64,000 nucleotides of DNA from Hormiphora californensis (taxonomy: Eukaryota; Animalia; Ctenophora): the NCBI GenBank assembly GCA_020137815.1, contig CM035361.1:5518001-5582000 (forward strand), read 5' to 3'. The notes beneath the pieces were generated by a model. That model saw only the letters and a list, made by a program, of their open reading frames with translations. It made no database searches and was not told the DNA's origin. Below, in pieces: positions 51,319 through 64,000 of the stretch. The first letter of the stretch is position 1, and the number at the start of each line of letters is the position of its first letter. Position numbers and translations under genes: made by a program.

Positions 51319-52868
51319 GGCAATTTTGCATTTGCGGGCATCGCACTATAGACGCAGTACCCACGTACTATAGACGGATTATAAACGCATTATAAACGCA
51401 TTATAGACGCATTATAGACACACGCAATATAGACGCAATTTCGTAAGCAGCACTATAGACGCAATATAGACGCAATATAACAGCAATATAAACGCATTTT
51501 TATAGACGCGACGCAGTTTAGCCGCATTATAGGCGCACTACCCACCCCAAAATCACCTTATAGACGCACTATAGACGCATTATAGACTGACTATAGTAGC
51601 ATCATAAACGCTACATAGACCCATATAGACGCATGATAGAAGCTTTATAGACGCAAATCGCTTTTTATAGACGCCGTGTCTATAAAAAACGTGCTTTTTT
51701 AAGAAGCACTATAGACGTACTCAGACGCACGCTGCGATATTTGAGGCGCAGTTGGGCGAACTATAAACGCATTTTTGACGCATATAAAAGGAAGCAGTAT
51801 AGACGCATTATAGACGCATTATAGACGCATTATAGACGCATGTGCGCGAAATCGATAAAGACGCAATATAGACGCAATTAATAAGAAGGAGAGGGAGAGA
51901 GACTAGAGGGATGGAGGGAGGGAGGGAGAGGGAAGGAGAGGGAAAGAGGGAGGGATACAGAGACAGATCAAACAGAGACAGATGGACACAGATCTGACAC
52001 AGACGGACAGAGTAAGATGGAGAGAGATTAAGAGAGTGGAGAGAGAGAGAGAGAGTGAGACAGAGAGCGCGTGTTTGTCCGTCCGTCTGTCTCTGTCCGT
52101 TTGTTTCCATCTCTGTCTTTTTCTGTCTCACTCTTTTTATGTTTCACTCCGTCCCTTATATATCACTATCTTTCCATCTTACTCTCTTTCCATCTTACTC
52201 TGTCCTTCTGTCTCAGGTCTTTATCCGTCTGTTTCTGTCCCTGTACCCCTCTCTCAGTCCCTCCCTCTCCTTCCCTCTCCCTCCCTCGCCTCTCTCTCCC
52301 TCTCCTTTTTATTTTGCGTCTATATTGCGTCTTTATCGATTTCGCACACATGCGGCTATAATGCGTCTATAATGCGTCTGTACTGCTTCCTTTTATATGC
52401 GACAAAAATGCGTTTATAAAACGCCCAACTGCGCCTCAAATATCGCACTGTAGCCTGGAGTACGTCTTAAGTGCTTCTTTAAAAAGCACGTTTTTTATAG
52501 ACGCGGCGTCTATAAAAAGCGATTTGCGTCTATAATGCTTCTATCATGCGTCTATATGGGTCTATATAGCGTTTATGGTGCTGCTATAGTTAGTCTATAA
52601 TGCTTCTATAGTGCGTCTATAAGGTGATTTTGGGGTGGGTAGTGCGCCTATAATGCGGCTATACTGCGTCGCGTCTATAAAAATGCGTTTACATTGCTGT
52701 TATAATGCGTCTATATTGCGTCTATAGTGCTGCTTACGAAATTGCATCTATATTGCGTGTGTCTATAATGCGTCTATAATGCGTTTATAATGCGTTTATA
52801 ATGCGTCTATAGTACGTGGGTAATGCGTCTATAGTGCGATGCCTGCAAATGCAAAATTGGCAATTGCC
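51319..52868. mobile_element. Mutator/Foldback-like element, ~570-bp arms built of tatagacgca repeats
   Basis: Termini ggcaatt...aattgcc; 9-bp TSD caagggaac at 51310-51318 and 52869-52877. Confidence 0.9.
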
Positions 52869-53699
52869 CAAGGGAACAAGTTCTGTTAGTTTTAATTAGT
52901 GAAAAGAAGAGAGAGATAAAGTGAGAGATACGAGAGAAGGAGATTGGAATTCTTGGAAATAGCAAACAAGAAAGTATGATAAGGGGATAATTAGTGAGAG
53001 AAAGAGGGAAAGTGAGTGTAAAATAGCAGACTATGTGTTGTGTAGTACCTTGTACAAGGTACTACACAACACTTTACTGCAATATATATATACCGCGAGT
53101 GCAAAGCTTGTCAGTCATATTCTGTGTGTAAAAACACTGCAACAACACTTTCTTTACTTATATCCCTCTGCCTCCATATCTGCACGCTCCCGCGGAAGCA
53201 CAGTGCAAGTTTCACAGTGAAAATGGTCGCGCGTAGCAGGAGTGATATTTGCACTCGCGGTATATATATATTGCAGTAAAGTAGTGGTCGGCATACCGGG
53301 CATGCTAGCAGGCGTTTATGCCCACCTGTAAACCTCTATTAATGTGTATATTACAAATGTATCATACATCCGGAGATCTACTAGGTCATCCAATATTGAT
53401 TTCTATATACTAGGCCCTACTTCCTTACCCCTTTTAGGCCTTAGGATGCCCCGATTCGGCAAGGTATCACGTATCGGTTCGTTTCGACCCGTCTAATTAG
53501 CGGCAGGACATGGGATACACCGATGCTCCGATTCCAAACACGAATCGGACGTGGCTGGTGTACCTTAGAAAAATGTTCATAACTTTTTTTGCAAAATTTT
53601 ATAGAACTAGCGCACCTATTGGGTGCGCAATGCGCATCGAGTAAGGATTTTTTGATAACCCAACCGGCTTAGCAGGGTGGTTCTTTTCGCCACTTTTAA

Positions 53700-56459
53700 G
53701 GGTACGCCGACCGAAATTTTTTTCGAGTGCAGGGAAATCTCTCACCGTAGGGTTTTAGGCCATACCAAGGATACCTCAAATATGCAATTTTAGCCCTTAA
53801 GTCGAATTCATATTTTTGCTACAGCTGTTTAAAAAATGTCCTGTAAAAACGTTTTTGGCATCTCAAAAAAATTTTTTTTAAAGATAGGAGCATGAAAATT
53901 TGGGGATTTGAAGAGGACATGAAGGTGAATAACCACACATTTTTTTTGCAATCCGAGCTGATTTCCGGTCCTGAGATGGATTTCTTTTTTTCCACTTTAA
54001 CGCCCTATTTGGCAAAGTTCCGAAAACATGTGAAAGCTGTAAATTGGTGAAAAGTTGCGTCTAACGATTATCTAAATGGCCATAAATTTTGGGCGTGCCC
54101 TTATTTAAGATAAGCTGTACAGAGTTTTTTTTTGAAAGCCGTCATTTCAGAAATAAATAAATTCCCTGTATCTCAAAAACGGCTGATCGTAGAGTTCTGA
54201 GACTATGCTTAAAAGATTCAGAAGGTCCGATTTTGGGGGGTCTTCTGAGAGACATTTTGCTCCTACTTCAACCGTTTTTGCTGTAATTGCGAAAAACAAA
54301 TTCTATGAAAAGGGCAAAAGCTAAACTCCAATATCCTGTAATTAGGGAATTTTAGCTAAGAAAGGACCGAAACTATGGAAAACTGTGTAACAAGCTAATT
54401 CCTTCACTATTTGGTCCATATGGGTCTCTATAATCACCAAAAGAAAATCACAAAAAATCCCCGAAGATGGGTTTTTGTTTTTCGGAATCGAGCCCGTTCT
54501 GAAGAGCTCAAGAAACTTAAAATCGGCGCAAATTGTGCGGCTTTAAGGCGCATAACACGGCGGCATACACATTTTTATTTTGAATTTCTATCTGGGATTT
54601 CTATTTGGAATTTCTATCTGGAAAAACCACACGTGCAGATGCGCCGCGCCGCGGCTCAAATTCACGTGCGAGATTAAAGAGAGAGACGCACATTAACGTT
54701 GTACGTTTGTCTCTCGCTCTCTCTTGAAAACCCGCACGTGCAGATGCGCCGCGGCTCAAATTCACGTGCATGTTATAGTCGAATTTTTTAATCAAGGGAC
54801 AGGGGCCGCGCATTTACAAAAGTCTTTTTGCGCGTGCTAAACGTTTTCGCTCATATTTCCTGTTCCTGATAAGATAAAGACTTGGTCTTGGTTGCGTTGA
54901 AAAGGTCTTAAAATTATCTTTCCAACGCTTCCGGGTGCAAGTCTTAAGATTGCCAGGAACTCGATCTCGATTATCACGCGCAAATACAAAGCCGCGCGAC
55001 CCCTCTGAATGCGCGGCCCCCTGTCCCTTGATTAAAAAATTCGACTTTATACAGATTCTGACAGAAAATACGAGCACAAAATTCCATATAAAAATGTGTA
55101 TGACGGACTGTTACAGTCCGTCATACACATTTTTATATGGAAATTTTAAAATTTTAACGCACACATTTTGCACTGTAACGCCGCGCACTTTGCGCGGATT
55201 TCAAGTTTCTTGGGCTGTTCAGATCGGGCTCGATTCCCTCTTTCCAACAAGCCCAAAATGAAGCAATTTTGCCAAGAAATGGCAGAGTTATGACCAAAAA
55301 CGTCAAATTTTAATTTTAATCTTAACGTTGGTGTGTGCTGACCCTAGGAGCAAAATGTCTCTCAGAAGACCGCCCCAAAATCGGACCTTCTGAATCGTTT
55401 AAGCATATACAGTCGGACCCCGATTTACCGGGCCCCGATTTACCGGAACCCCAATTTACCGGGAGCATAATCTTCCCCCGAAATAGGAAATTAACAGTAC
55501 ATATTTGACCCCGATATACCGGGCACCCCGATTTACCGGGCAAAACCCTTTCCCCCGAGCATCCCGGTAAATCGGGGTCCGACTGTATATATAGTCTCAG
55601 GTCTCTACGATCAGCATTCAGCTGTTTTTGAGATACAGGGAATTTATTTATTTCTCAAATGACGGCTTTCACAAAAAAACTCTGTACAGCTTATCTCAAA
55701 TAAGGACACGCCCAAAATTTATGGCCACTTAGATAATCGTTAGACGCAACTTTTCACCAATTTACAGCTTTCACATGTTTTCGGAACTTTGCCAAATAGG
55801 GCGTTAAAGTGAAAAAAAAGAAATCCATCTCAGGACCGGAAATCAGCTCGGATTGCAAAAAAAAATGTGTGGTTATTCACCTTCATGTCCTCTTCAAATC
55901 CCCAAATTTTTGAGATGCCAAAAACGTTTTTACAGGACATTTTTTAAACAGCTGTAGCAAAAATATGAATTCGATTTAAGGGCTAAAATTGCATATTTGA
56001 GGTATCCTCATGGTATGGTAAGCGGTAAAGGTTGACCCGTCTCCTGAGAATTATATTTTTATTTGGCCATAACTCAACCATTTCTTGACCAATTTGCAAA
56101 ATATTGGGCACGTTGGAAAGAGGACATTGAGCTCTTTCAGATGAGCCCAAGAAAATCAAAATCAGCGCAAATTGCGCGGCTTTGCGCGGCGCAATGGCGC
56201 AAAATGCTCGTTTTCGCCACTACGCCGCGCAATTTGCGCCAATTTTCATTTCATTGAGCTCATTTTAAAGATCTTAATGTCTTCTTTCCAATGAGCCCAA
56301 GATTTTGCAAATTGGTCAAGAAATGGCTGAGTTATGGCCAAAACAGTTTTAAATTCTCAGGAGACGGGTCAACCTTTACCGCTTACCTCATGGTATGGCC
56401 TACAACCCTACGGTGAGAGATTTCCCTGCACTCGAAAAATAATTTCGGTCGGCGTACCC
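53700..56459. mobile_element. Kolobok-like long-TIR element hosting nested MITEs
   Basis: TTAA-gggtacgccgaccgaaatt...aatttcggtcggcgtaccc-TTAA; ~560-bp arms, right arm interrupted twice. Confidence 0.85.
56017..56387. mobile_element. Mutator-like MITE
   Basis: TIR ggtaagcggtaaaggttgacccgtctcctgagaatt; 9-bp TSD tcatggtat; the empty site is in the left arm near 53761. Confidence 0.88.
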
Positions 56460-57489
56460 TTAATGTCATTAACGCGGTTGCCATGGCAACTACAGTCGGA
56501 CCCCGATTTAGGGGCCCCCGGTTTAGTGGCACCCCGATTTAGGGACATGATTTTTTTCCCCCGATATAGGAAATTAACCTTTTTTGACCCCGATTTAGTG
56601 GACACCCCGATTTAGTGGACAAGAGCCTTTCCCCCGAGGGTGTCCCTAAATCGGGGTCCGACTGTATATTGATAACTATGGGGACTGGCATTTTAAAATT
56701 CATTCAAAAATATCAACAAACTTCCACTGGAAGATCCAAAAGTGTGAATGACAGCTTTACAGCTTTGGTCACATTTAAGCGTTTTATGAAGGAGCACTGT
56801 CGCTTAGATGCCGCTGAACAAACGGCCACTTCGACGTTCATCTTCTAATTATAATAGAGATTATTGTCAATGCTTTGATCGGTGCTCCCTATAAATTTTC
56901 AGAGAAAAAGCTATTTTGAAACTTTGGTATGTCCTCACCCTGCTTCGGCATGGTATCATGTATTGCCTGGCTAGTCTGTGTTCGGGCGCCCCGCCCCGAA
57001 ACACCTTGTAAAACATAACAAATCATGTTGTAAAACATAACAAATCATGTTGTAAAACAGTCCGTCATACACTTTTTTATTTGGAATTTTCATTTGGAAT
57101 TTTCATTTGAAAACCATCCACGCGCATGCACGTGCAAACCGTATGGAACTTGGTCTTGTGTTTTAGCACTAAATTGCGTTCCACAATGCGCGGCTCATAT
57201 TTCCTGAAAACGTGCCATTGAAGTATTTGATGAAGGAGCAACACCGTTGTCCCTCGCAACTCGAGCGTGTTACAGCCAGTTTTGTGACCGTGACACCTCA
57301 CTAGTATGTAAACTTGTCGAATTCTAAACCCCTATGCCTTTTTACAAAAGGCATCCGGGTGAATGCCTTCGGCATTCTCCCGGGCGGGGAAAAAATGTGT
57401 ATGACGCCGCGTAACAAATCATGTCTCGGTTCGTTTCGAACCCACCAACTTGGTGACATAGACACCGTGCGCGACCAAGATTGAGCTCA

Positions 57490-58057
57490 CACACAGGTGT
57501 CTGCTCCGCCTCAAAAAGGGTCGTTTCTTTCAAGGGATGTTGCACGCGATCCACTGGACCGATTTGCATCCAGTTTGTCGCAAAAGACTACAAATGATCC
57601 TAATATACTGGAAAATACCCGAGAAGTTTGTCGGTCAACAGGAAGTGGGTCAAGATTGACACTGAAGTCAAACCTATAATCTGGCTTCCGAGAGTTTCTG
57701 CACTACGCCCATGCGATTTAGAAGATATTGGGAGATATGTTGATGCAATTAGCATCAACTATTAATGCCGGGTATTTTCCAGTACTCACAAGAGTTCAAC
57801 CTACCTTCTGATACCTTCAGATTCATTCTAAACCGTCTGGGAGTGATGCAAAAAGGCTCGGAAGCCAGATTATAGATTTGACTTCAGTGTTAATTTTGAC
57901 CCACTTCCTGTTGACAGACAAACTTCTCGGGTATTTTCCAGTAAACTAGGACCAATTTGTAGTCTTTTGCGACAAACCGGGTGCAAATCGGTCCAGTGGA
58001 TCACGTGCAATTTGGCTTGAAAGACACAACCCTTTTTTAGGGGGCGGAGTGGACACC
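57490..58057. repeat. Imperfect ~200-bp inverted repeat (MITE-like)
   Basis: 57490-57695 versus 57858-58057; near-identical antiparallel ORF translations. Confidence 0.7.
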
Positions 58058-58265
58058 TACCCACCAACTATCGACAGGTGATTCGGTAAGCTGAACCGGT
58101 TCGAAACACGAATCAGACGGGGCTGGTATACGTGAATTTCGATTTGCGAGACGCAGTGAGTGTGCCTAGTTATCGCAGTGCTGACAATATCGGTAGACCC
58201 CCTTTTTCGATTTTTTTAGACGAAAAAAAAATCTGAAAAAAATTCTTAAAGGGCCTAAAAACCCA

Positions 58266-58998
58266 AATTTTATTTAATTATTTTGAACACTATACAGTCG
58301 GACCCCGATTTACCGGGCCCCGATTTACCGGAACCCCGATTTACCGGGAGGATAATCTTCCCCCGAAATAAGAAATTAACAGTATTTGACCCCGATATAC
58401 CGGGCACCCCGATTTACCGGGCAAAACCCTTTCTCCCGAGCATCCCGGTAAATCGGGGTCCGACTGTACATCGAAACAAGCATGCTATTGGAGTCCCAAA
58501 AAACATAGGTACACGCCCCACACACCCAATGTGAGCCCAGGGGGAGCCCCTCAATTTGGGGCCAGTTGGGGTCCCGTTGTAAACGCGCTAGTGTACTCCT
58601 TGAAATGCTAACAATATGATCCTCTCTGAAATTCGAAGTTTTAGGTAAAATTTAGGCTTGTGTTTCGATGAGTACATAATCTTTCTTGTCTCTGTATTCT
58701 GGTAATTTTTCTCCTAGTTTTGATAAGCTTAAATAATAATTGACGAGAAAGATTATGAAATCTACTTAAACACAAGGATAGTTTCTATCCTAAATTTAAT
58801 ATTTGAGAGAGGATCATATTGTTAGCATTTCAAGGACTAGCGAGTACAAGCGCGTTTACAAGGGGACCCCAAATGGGCCCCAACTTAAGGGGCTCCCCCT
58901 GGGCTCACCTGTGGCCCGTGTGGCGTGGGCCTATGTTTTTTGGGACTCCAATAGCATGCGTGTTACGATAGAGTGTTCAAAATAAATAAATAAAATTT
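58266..58998. repeat. Palindromic MITE with a nested cagtcggacccc copy
   Basis: Arms gcatgctattggagtcccaaaaacatagg / cctatgttttttgggactccaatagcatgc. Confidence 0.7.
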
Positions 58999-60949
58999 AA
59001 AAAAAACGATAGACGACCGTAGTATGTAGTAAATTAGTATAGCGAGAAAATTATTTAGTTAGATTCTAAGTTTATAAAAACTATGTGGATCTGTTGATCA
59101 ACTTACCAATTTTGTTGCACTGTGGTACATCACTTGACCACGATCCATCCTCCTGACATGTCAGTGTAGCACTTCCCACTATGATATAGGTGGCAGCACA
59201 CTCGACGGTGACAGTTGTTCCTGTTTGTGAAGTAGCCCAGTTTCCCTGTGTTGATCCGTCAACAGTAAAGCCAGGACAATCGACAAGTTCTAAATGGAAA
59301 TAGTGATTGGTTTAATTTCATTAGCAGTTGCAGTTGATATGTTATGGAAAACTTGGGTACACGTTTTATTCCAAGTAAATAGATTTAAACCCTTACCTGC
59401 TCTATAGAAGTCAGATGCTGTGTCAGTACTACTGTGAAACCTGATCTCCTCCACAACATCACCACCCCACCTGGTAACACAGTTGCTATTTGAACTATCT
59501 GCAAACAGGTAGTTCACCACCTCCACATTATTACATGTGATGATGAGGCCGGTCTCTGTTTTGGTGAACGTCCAAATCTTGTTCACCTCCACCGGGGGTT
59601 GTACTGGTAGGTCTGTGTCGCTGGTGCTGCAGAAGGCTATATAATACTGCAATGTGGAGGAGAACTTCACAGCCACACTACTGATATAGCTGCTGTACTT
59701 GTCGTACATCATCACATAGATCCACTGACTACTACCCAGTGTAGAGTCCGTCTTTATCTGGAGAGGTGTTGCCTCCAGGTCCCAGGGTATCTTCACATCC
59801 CGCTCTACTGCTGTCCAATCTGAAACACAATAAAATCGGTGTCAAGCGGGCAAGAAAAAGTTTTAAATGGCAGAAAACAAAACACGTTGTGTATAGCTCC
59901 AAATGAGGCACGGGGTTTTCTAAATCAGCTTTTAAAATTTGAACGGTTGAGTTATGGTAAAAAACGTCCAAAAAAGAAATATTTAGTATGTGAGTATTTA
60001 TACCGCTTACCGAAAGTAAATGTACCCCGCTAACCCGGAAACGATGCCTTAGCACCCTTAATAAATTTGAGCATTGGCTGGGGTCGTTAAAAGGGTTCAT
60101 TCTGAGTACAATGACGTTGAGCAACTCTTGTTAATATGTATTTTTTATGAGGCGTTTTTGATTCTCATTTGAGATGAGAAAAAATTAAATCATTCCCGGT
60201 TTGACTTTTTTCGACACGTTTTGACGGACTCGCACAACTAAAAAACTCAACTTTAGGTCGGACTTGGTCACATTGATACCTGAGTGAGATCGACATCGCG
60301 CGCGACTGAGAACGATCTCACATTCTTCACGGAGCGAGAATAGGTTGCAATGGATCCAAAGGTCGGACGAGCGGAATTAGTTTGCCTTAATTGCGATCAA
60401 TCGATCATACGTATACATGACATATAGTTCTAATTTCCATACCTGCTCTTTTGTAGAAGTCAGATGCTGTGTCAGAACTGTAAAACTTGATCTCCTCCAC
60501 AACAGCACCATCCCACTTGGTAACACAGTCGCTATTTAAAGTAGCTGCGAACAGGTAGTTCAGCACCTCAACACCATTACATGTGATGATGATGGTGGTC
60601 TCTGTTTTGGTGATTGTCCAGATCTTATCCACCTCCTGCACCGGGGGTTGCACTCGCATGGTGCTCCAGCCGTTCATGCAGACAGTTATCCTAAACTTCA
60701 TTGGGGAGAAGAACCTCACACCCACAGCACCGATAGAGCTGCTGTCCTTGTCGTACATGTCCACAAAGATCTGCTCATCACTACCCAGTGCAGAGTCCGT
60801 CTTTATCACGAGAGGTGTTCCCTTTAGGTCATGGGGTAGATCTTTACATCCCGCTCCACAGCTGTCCAGTCTGAAACACAATAAATAATGCAGTAGGATG
60901 CACAAATAGATTTAGTACACAATACTGCACATCTGATATTTGTCTAATC

Positions 60950-62974
60950 ATAGCACTGGCAAGTAAACGGGGGTGTGGGGGCAGAGCCCCCACCTTAGAT
61001 TATCCTCTAACTCAAAAAACAAAAGAGAGAGCACACGCAACACTTCTACACATAAGCGCGTGAAAACCTGCCAGTGCTACTATATACCATTGCAGATTTC
61101 GAGGTTTTTGATGCTTTAAAAAAGCATGTTCCAGATGAAGTAGAGAGCTGAAATTTTGTACTCTAAGGGCCCTCATATAGGAGAAGAGGCATGCAAATTT
61201 TCAGAACGATAGGATGTAAGGTAAAAATTTGCCAGAGGGGTCCCAAAATGCAAAAATGTAAGGAGGGGGAGGGGGAGGGGGAGGGGAGGGGGAGGAGGAC
61301 GCTTTTTTATCTTTGGGTGTTCTCCTAAACCACAAATAGTAGATACTTGCCGTTTGAAACAGCCCCCATAAAAAAGTCGCTTGGCAAATTCCCTCGTCGC
61401 TCGGCAATTGGTTCGGCAACAACAGGTGGTTTGCCGAGCCAGTCGCTCGGCTAATCAAGGAAGTCTCCGTGATTTCACCGCGTTCTTACAGAAAAAGCAC
61501 ATTTTTTCAGCACTTTGTATTTTTCAGCAGGAGATTTTGAAAAAAAGTGCTGAAAAAATGTACTTTTTCTGTAAGAACGCGGTGAAAACACGGCGACTTC
61601 CTTGATTAGCCGAGCGACTGGCTCGGCAAACCACCTGTTGTTGCCGAACCAATTGCCGAGCGACGAGGGAATTTGCCAAGCGACTTTTTTATGGGGGAGT
61701 GGTTCCTTACATCATTGAGCTCGGTAATAGCTGTGTGAGAACTTCGAAATCGCCAAAGTTCATTAATTATTCATTAAATATTCATTTTAACCATGGTTGC
61801 GATATGACACGACTGGAAGCTGAAGGTCATAAAGACTTGAAACCGGTCTTATTCGACGCGGAATGGTCGGTCTATGGGGGGTCTTACTCGAGTAAGACCG
61901 ATCGGGACAAAAATCTCTATCTCGCACCGTTAAGCCGTCATTTGCATATTTATGCACCGATACATGCTTTTATGCACATCAGTGAGGAAGTTTTGTTTTC
62001 TCCTTCCGGCTGGACTAATGAGTAGACGTGGTTTTTATTGTAGAATAACGCAATTCTACAATAAAAACCACGTCTACTCATTTGTCCAGCCGGAAGGAGA
62101 AAACAAAACTTCCTCACTGATATGCGGCTAATAAACAATCAATCGATCCTTATTCTCCATTTTATGCATATTCTAAATATTTCCAGTTCGGCTGGTCCTA
62201 GAACGTTTTCATGGACATATTTCGACGCAAAATAGTCGATTTATGGGGGGTCTTACTCGGGACAAAAATCTCCATCTCGCACCGTTAGGCCGTTATTTGC
62301 ATATTTATGCACCGATTCATGATTTAATGCATATTCTGAATATTTCCACTTCAGCTGGTCCTAGAACGTTTTCATGGACATATTTCGACGCAAAATAGTC
62401 GATTTATGGGGGGTCGTCCCCGGGACAAAAAGTCGTATCTCGCACCGTTTAGCCGTTATTTTCATATTTATGCACGGATTTATGATTTAATGCATATTCT
62501 GAATATTTCCACTTCAGCTGGTCCTAGAACGTTTTCATGGACATATTCCGGCGCAGAATAGTCGATTTATGGGGGTTGTCCACCTGACAAAAAGTCGTAT
62601 CTCTCACCGTTCAGTCGTTATTCGCATATTTATGAATTATTCAAATCCGAAAATATGCAGAAATCAGAAAAAATTCCGAAAAAATAGCTTTTTCTATTTT
62701 ACACCAAAAAGAACAGAAATTTAGTCCAAAAACCAATTAAATAAATTAGTTTGGATGCCCGGGCCCATGTGGTGTCACGGGGGTAACACCTTTACTCTTT
62801 AGGCTATAACTGTCATAAATGATGGTTATCGAGAGAGATAAAGGCAAAGGAAATGAGGATAGAAAGGGTGAGATATAATCAAAGACGGAGAGATAAATAA
62901 GAGGAGAGAGAAAAAAGAGAGATATAGTGAAAGAAACAGTGAGAGAGAAAGAAAGAGAGAGAGAGACAGAAATA

Positions 62975-63019
<45 letters not shown>

Positions 63020-63210
63020 TGAGAGAGAGAGAGAGGGAGAGAGAGAGAGAGAGAGAGAGATAGATAAAGATAGACAGATTGAAGGATAACAATTAACAAT
63101 TAACGAGATATGCCGTTAATTATGGCAGTAGTCTAAAGGTGTTACCCCCGTGACACCACATGGGCCCGGGCATCCAAACTAATTTATTTAATTGGTTTTT
63201 GGACTAAATA
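60950..63210 (-). mobile_element. HINE-like element with nested palindrome (61363-61697), ~120-bp tandem repeats (62170-62640) and a terminal IR enclosing (GA)n
   Basis: Hairpin gtgggggcagagcccccac at one end; IR 62720-62794/63135-63209 at the other; same architecture as family B. Confidence 0.55.
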
Positions 63211-64000
63211 TGTGAATATGTGATGTTAATTGACGAACCTGCGGTAAGAACAGCTGTTCCACACAATGCAGCTGTAAAGAGAAGGAGGCGTATCATTTCA
63301 ACACACATATCACTGCATAATTGAGGGTGTAAACTGTTAGCTTTTACAGTGTTGAGTTAATCTCTAGTATGTAATATAATATGTTACAGTCTATACCTTA
63401 TTACTAAAAAATAAGGCAACCTAAAACTAACGAGGGTAAAGCTTTATAACAAATTATAGCCATAACAAAACAACATTATTTTATGTTAATTTTAGGTACG
63501 TTAAATTTAGGTAGCCTTTAGGCAATAAGGTAAGCTGCAGTAGCTGTATAAAAATAGAAATAGAAAACAAAGCTGTATATTATTGCATTTCCGGTTCAAC
63601 CGTATTTGGGCTGAAACTCCAGATATCAGTAGATAATTACCCAATAAATAACAGAAGAAATGATTCATAGCGATTCATTTCGACTCAGCAACCCCTAAGT
63701 ATATAACTGTCCGTTCATGACCCTGATATCCTCTTAAGAGAGTCTCAATTTTCCAGGTTAATCTAATTAAAGTCCAGGTACAGTCGGACCCCGATATACC
63801 GGAACCCCGATTTACCGGGCAAAATCATTTCCCTCGAGGATCCCGGTAAATCGGGGTCCGACTGTAAAGGTCACTATATGTGATCGTGAAAAAGCAAGGT
63901 ATGTAATAACTAATAAGGTATTGTCTATTGCCTCGCCAAGGGAGCGGAGAGCGTATTCCCCCTTCCAACTCTGTTGAGAGAATTTCGAATCAATTCCACC

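Larger units (their letters stand above)
44902..60870 (-). pseudogene. Extracellular protein of tandem ~140-aa WDLE.TPLQIKTDS domains plus a sushi/CCP domain; 5' part outside the called span, 3' end truncated
   Basis: Phase 1-1 exons 60870-60443 (+2 frameshift near 60840), 59819-59397 (intact), 59289-59107 (sushi: CPG..VECAATYIIVGSATLTCQEDGSWSSDVPQC), 45999-45574, 45116-~44920 (truncated). Confidence 0.85.

Overview
Eukaryotic, intron-rich, repeat-dense animal DNA. A ctenophore origin is inferred (not certain) from an LDLa-type GPCR carrying the FYGNDGVC..KY motif and from the repeated 'WDLE.TPLQIKTDS' domain. Layout: (1) <1-~31.8 kb, a large multi-exon + strand gene for a type I membrane protein (many Ig-like domains, sushi-like repeats, FN3, one TM). 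Two antisense genes are nested in its introns: an LDLa/cysteine-rich GPCR with two frameshifts, and a Sulfotransfer_2-type protein. It also carries an internal ~2.2-kb tandem duplication whose second copy holds a Helitron. (2) ~32.3-44.5 kb, a probable large DNA transposon remnant: a TACGG-starting terminus, an intron-containing alpha-kinase gene, a Penelope-like fragment with a hammerhead ribozyme motif, and a decayed intron-containing DDE integrase gene. (3) ~44.9->60.9 kb, a - strand gene of phase-1 symmetric repeat-domain exons plus a sushi exon, with a 13-kb intron of nested MITEs and foldback elements. Most notable: the GPCR is bracketed by the two ends of a Helentron/HINE-like element that splits an intronic minisatellite (possible rolling-circle gene transport); the alpha-kinase may be transposon cargo; and several coding lesions look like excision footprints at TA sites. 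Exon boundaries were read by eye from GT/AG signals and phase; no database search was possible.
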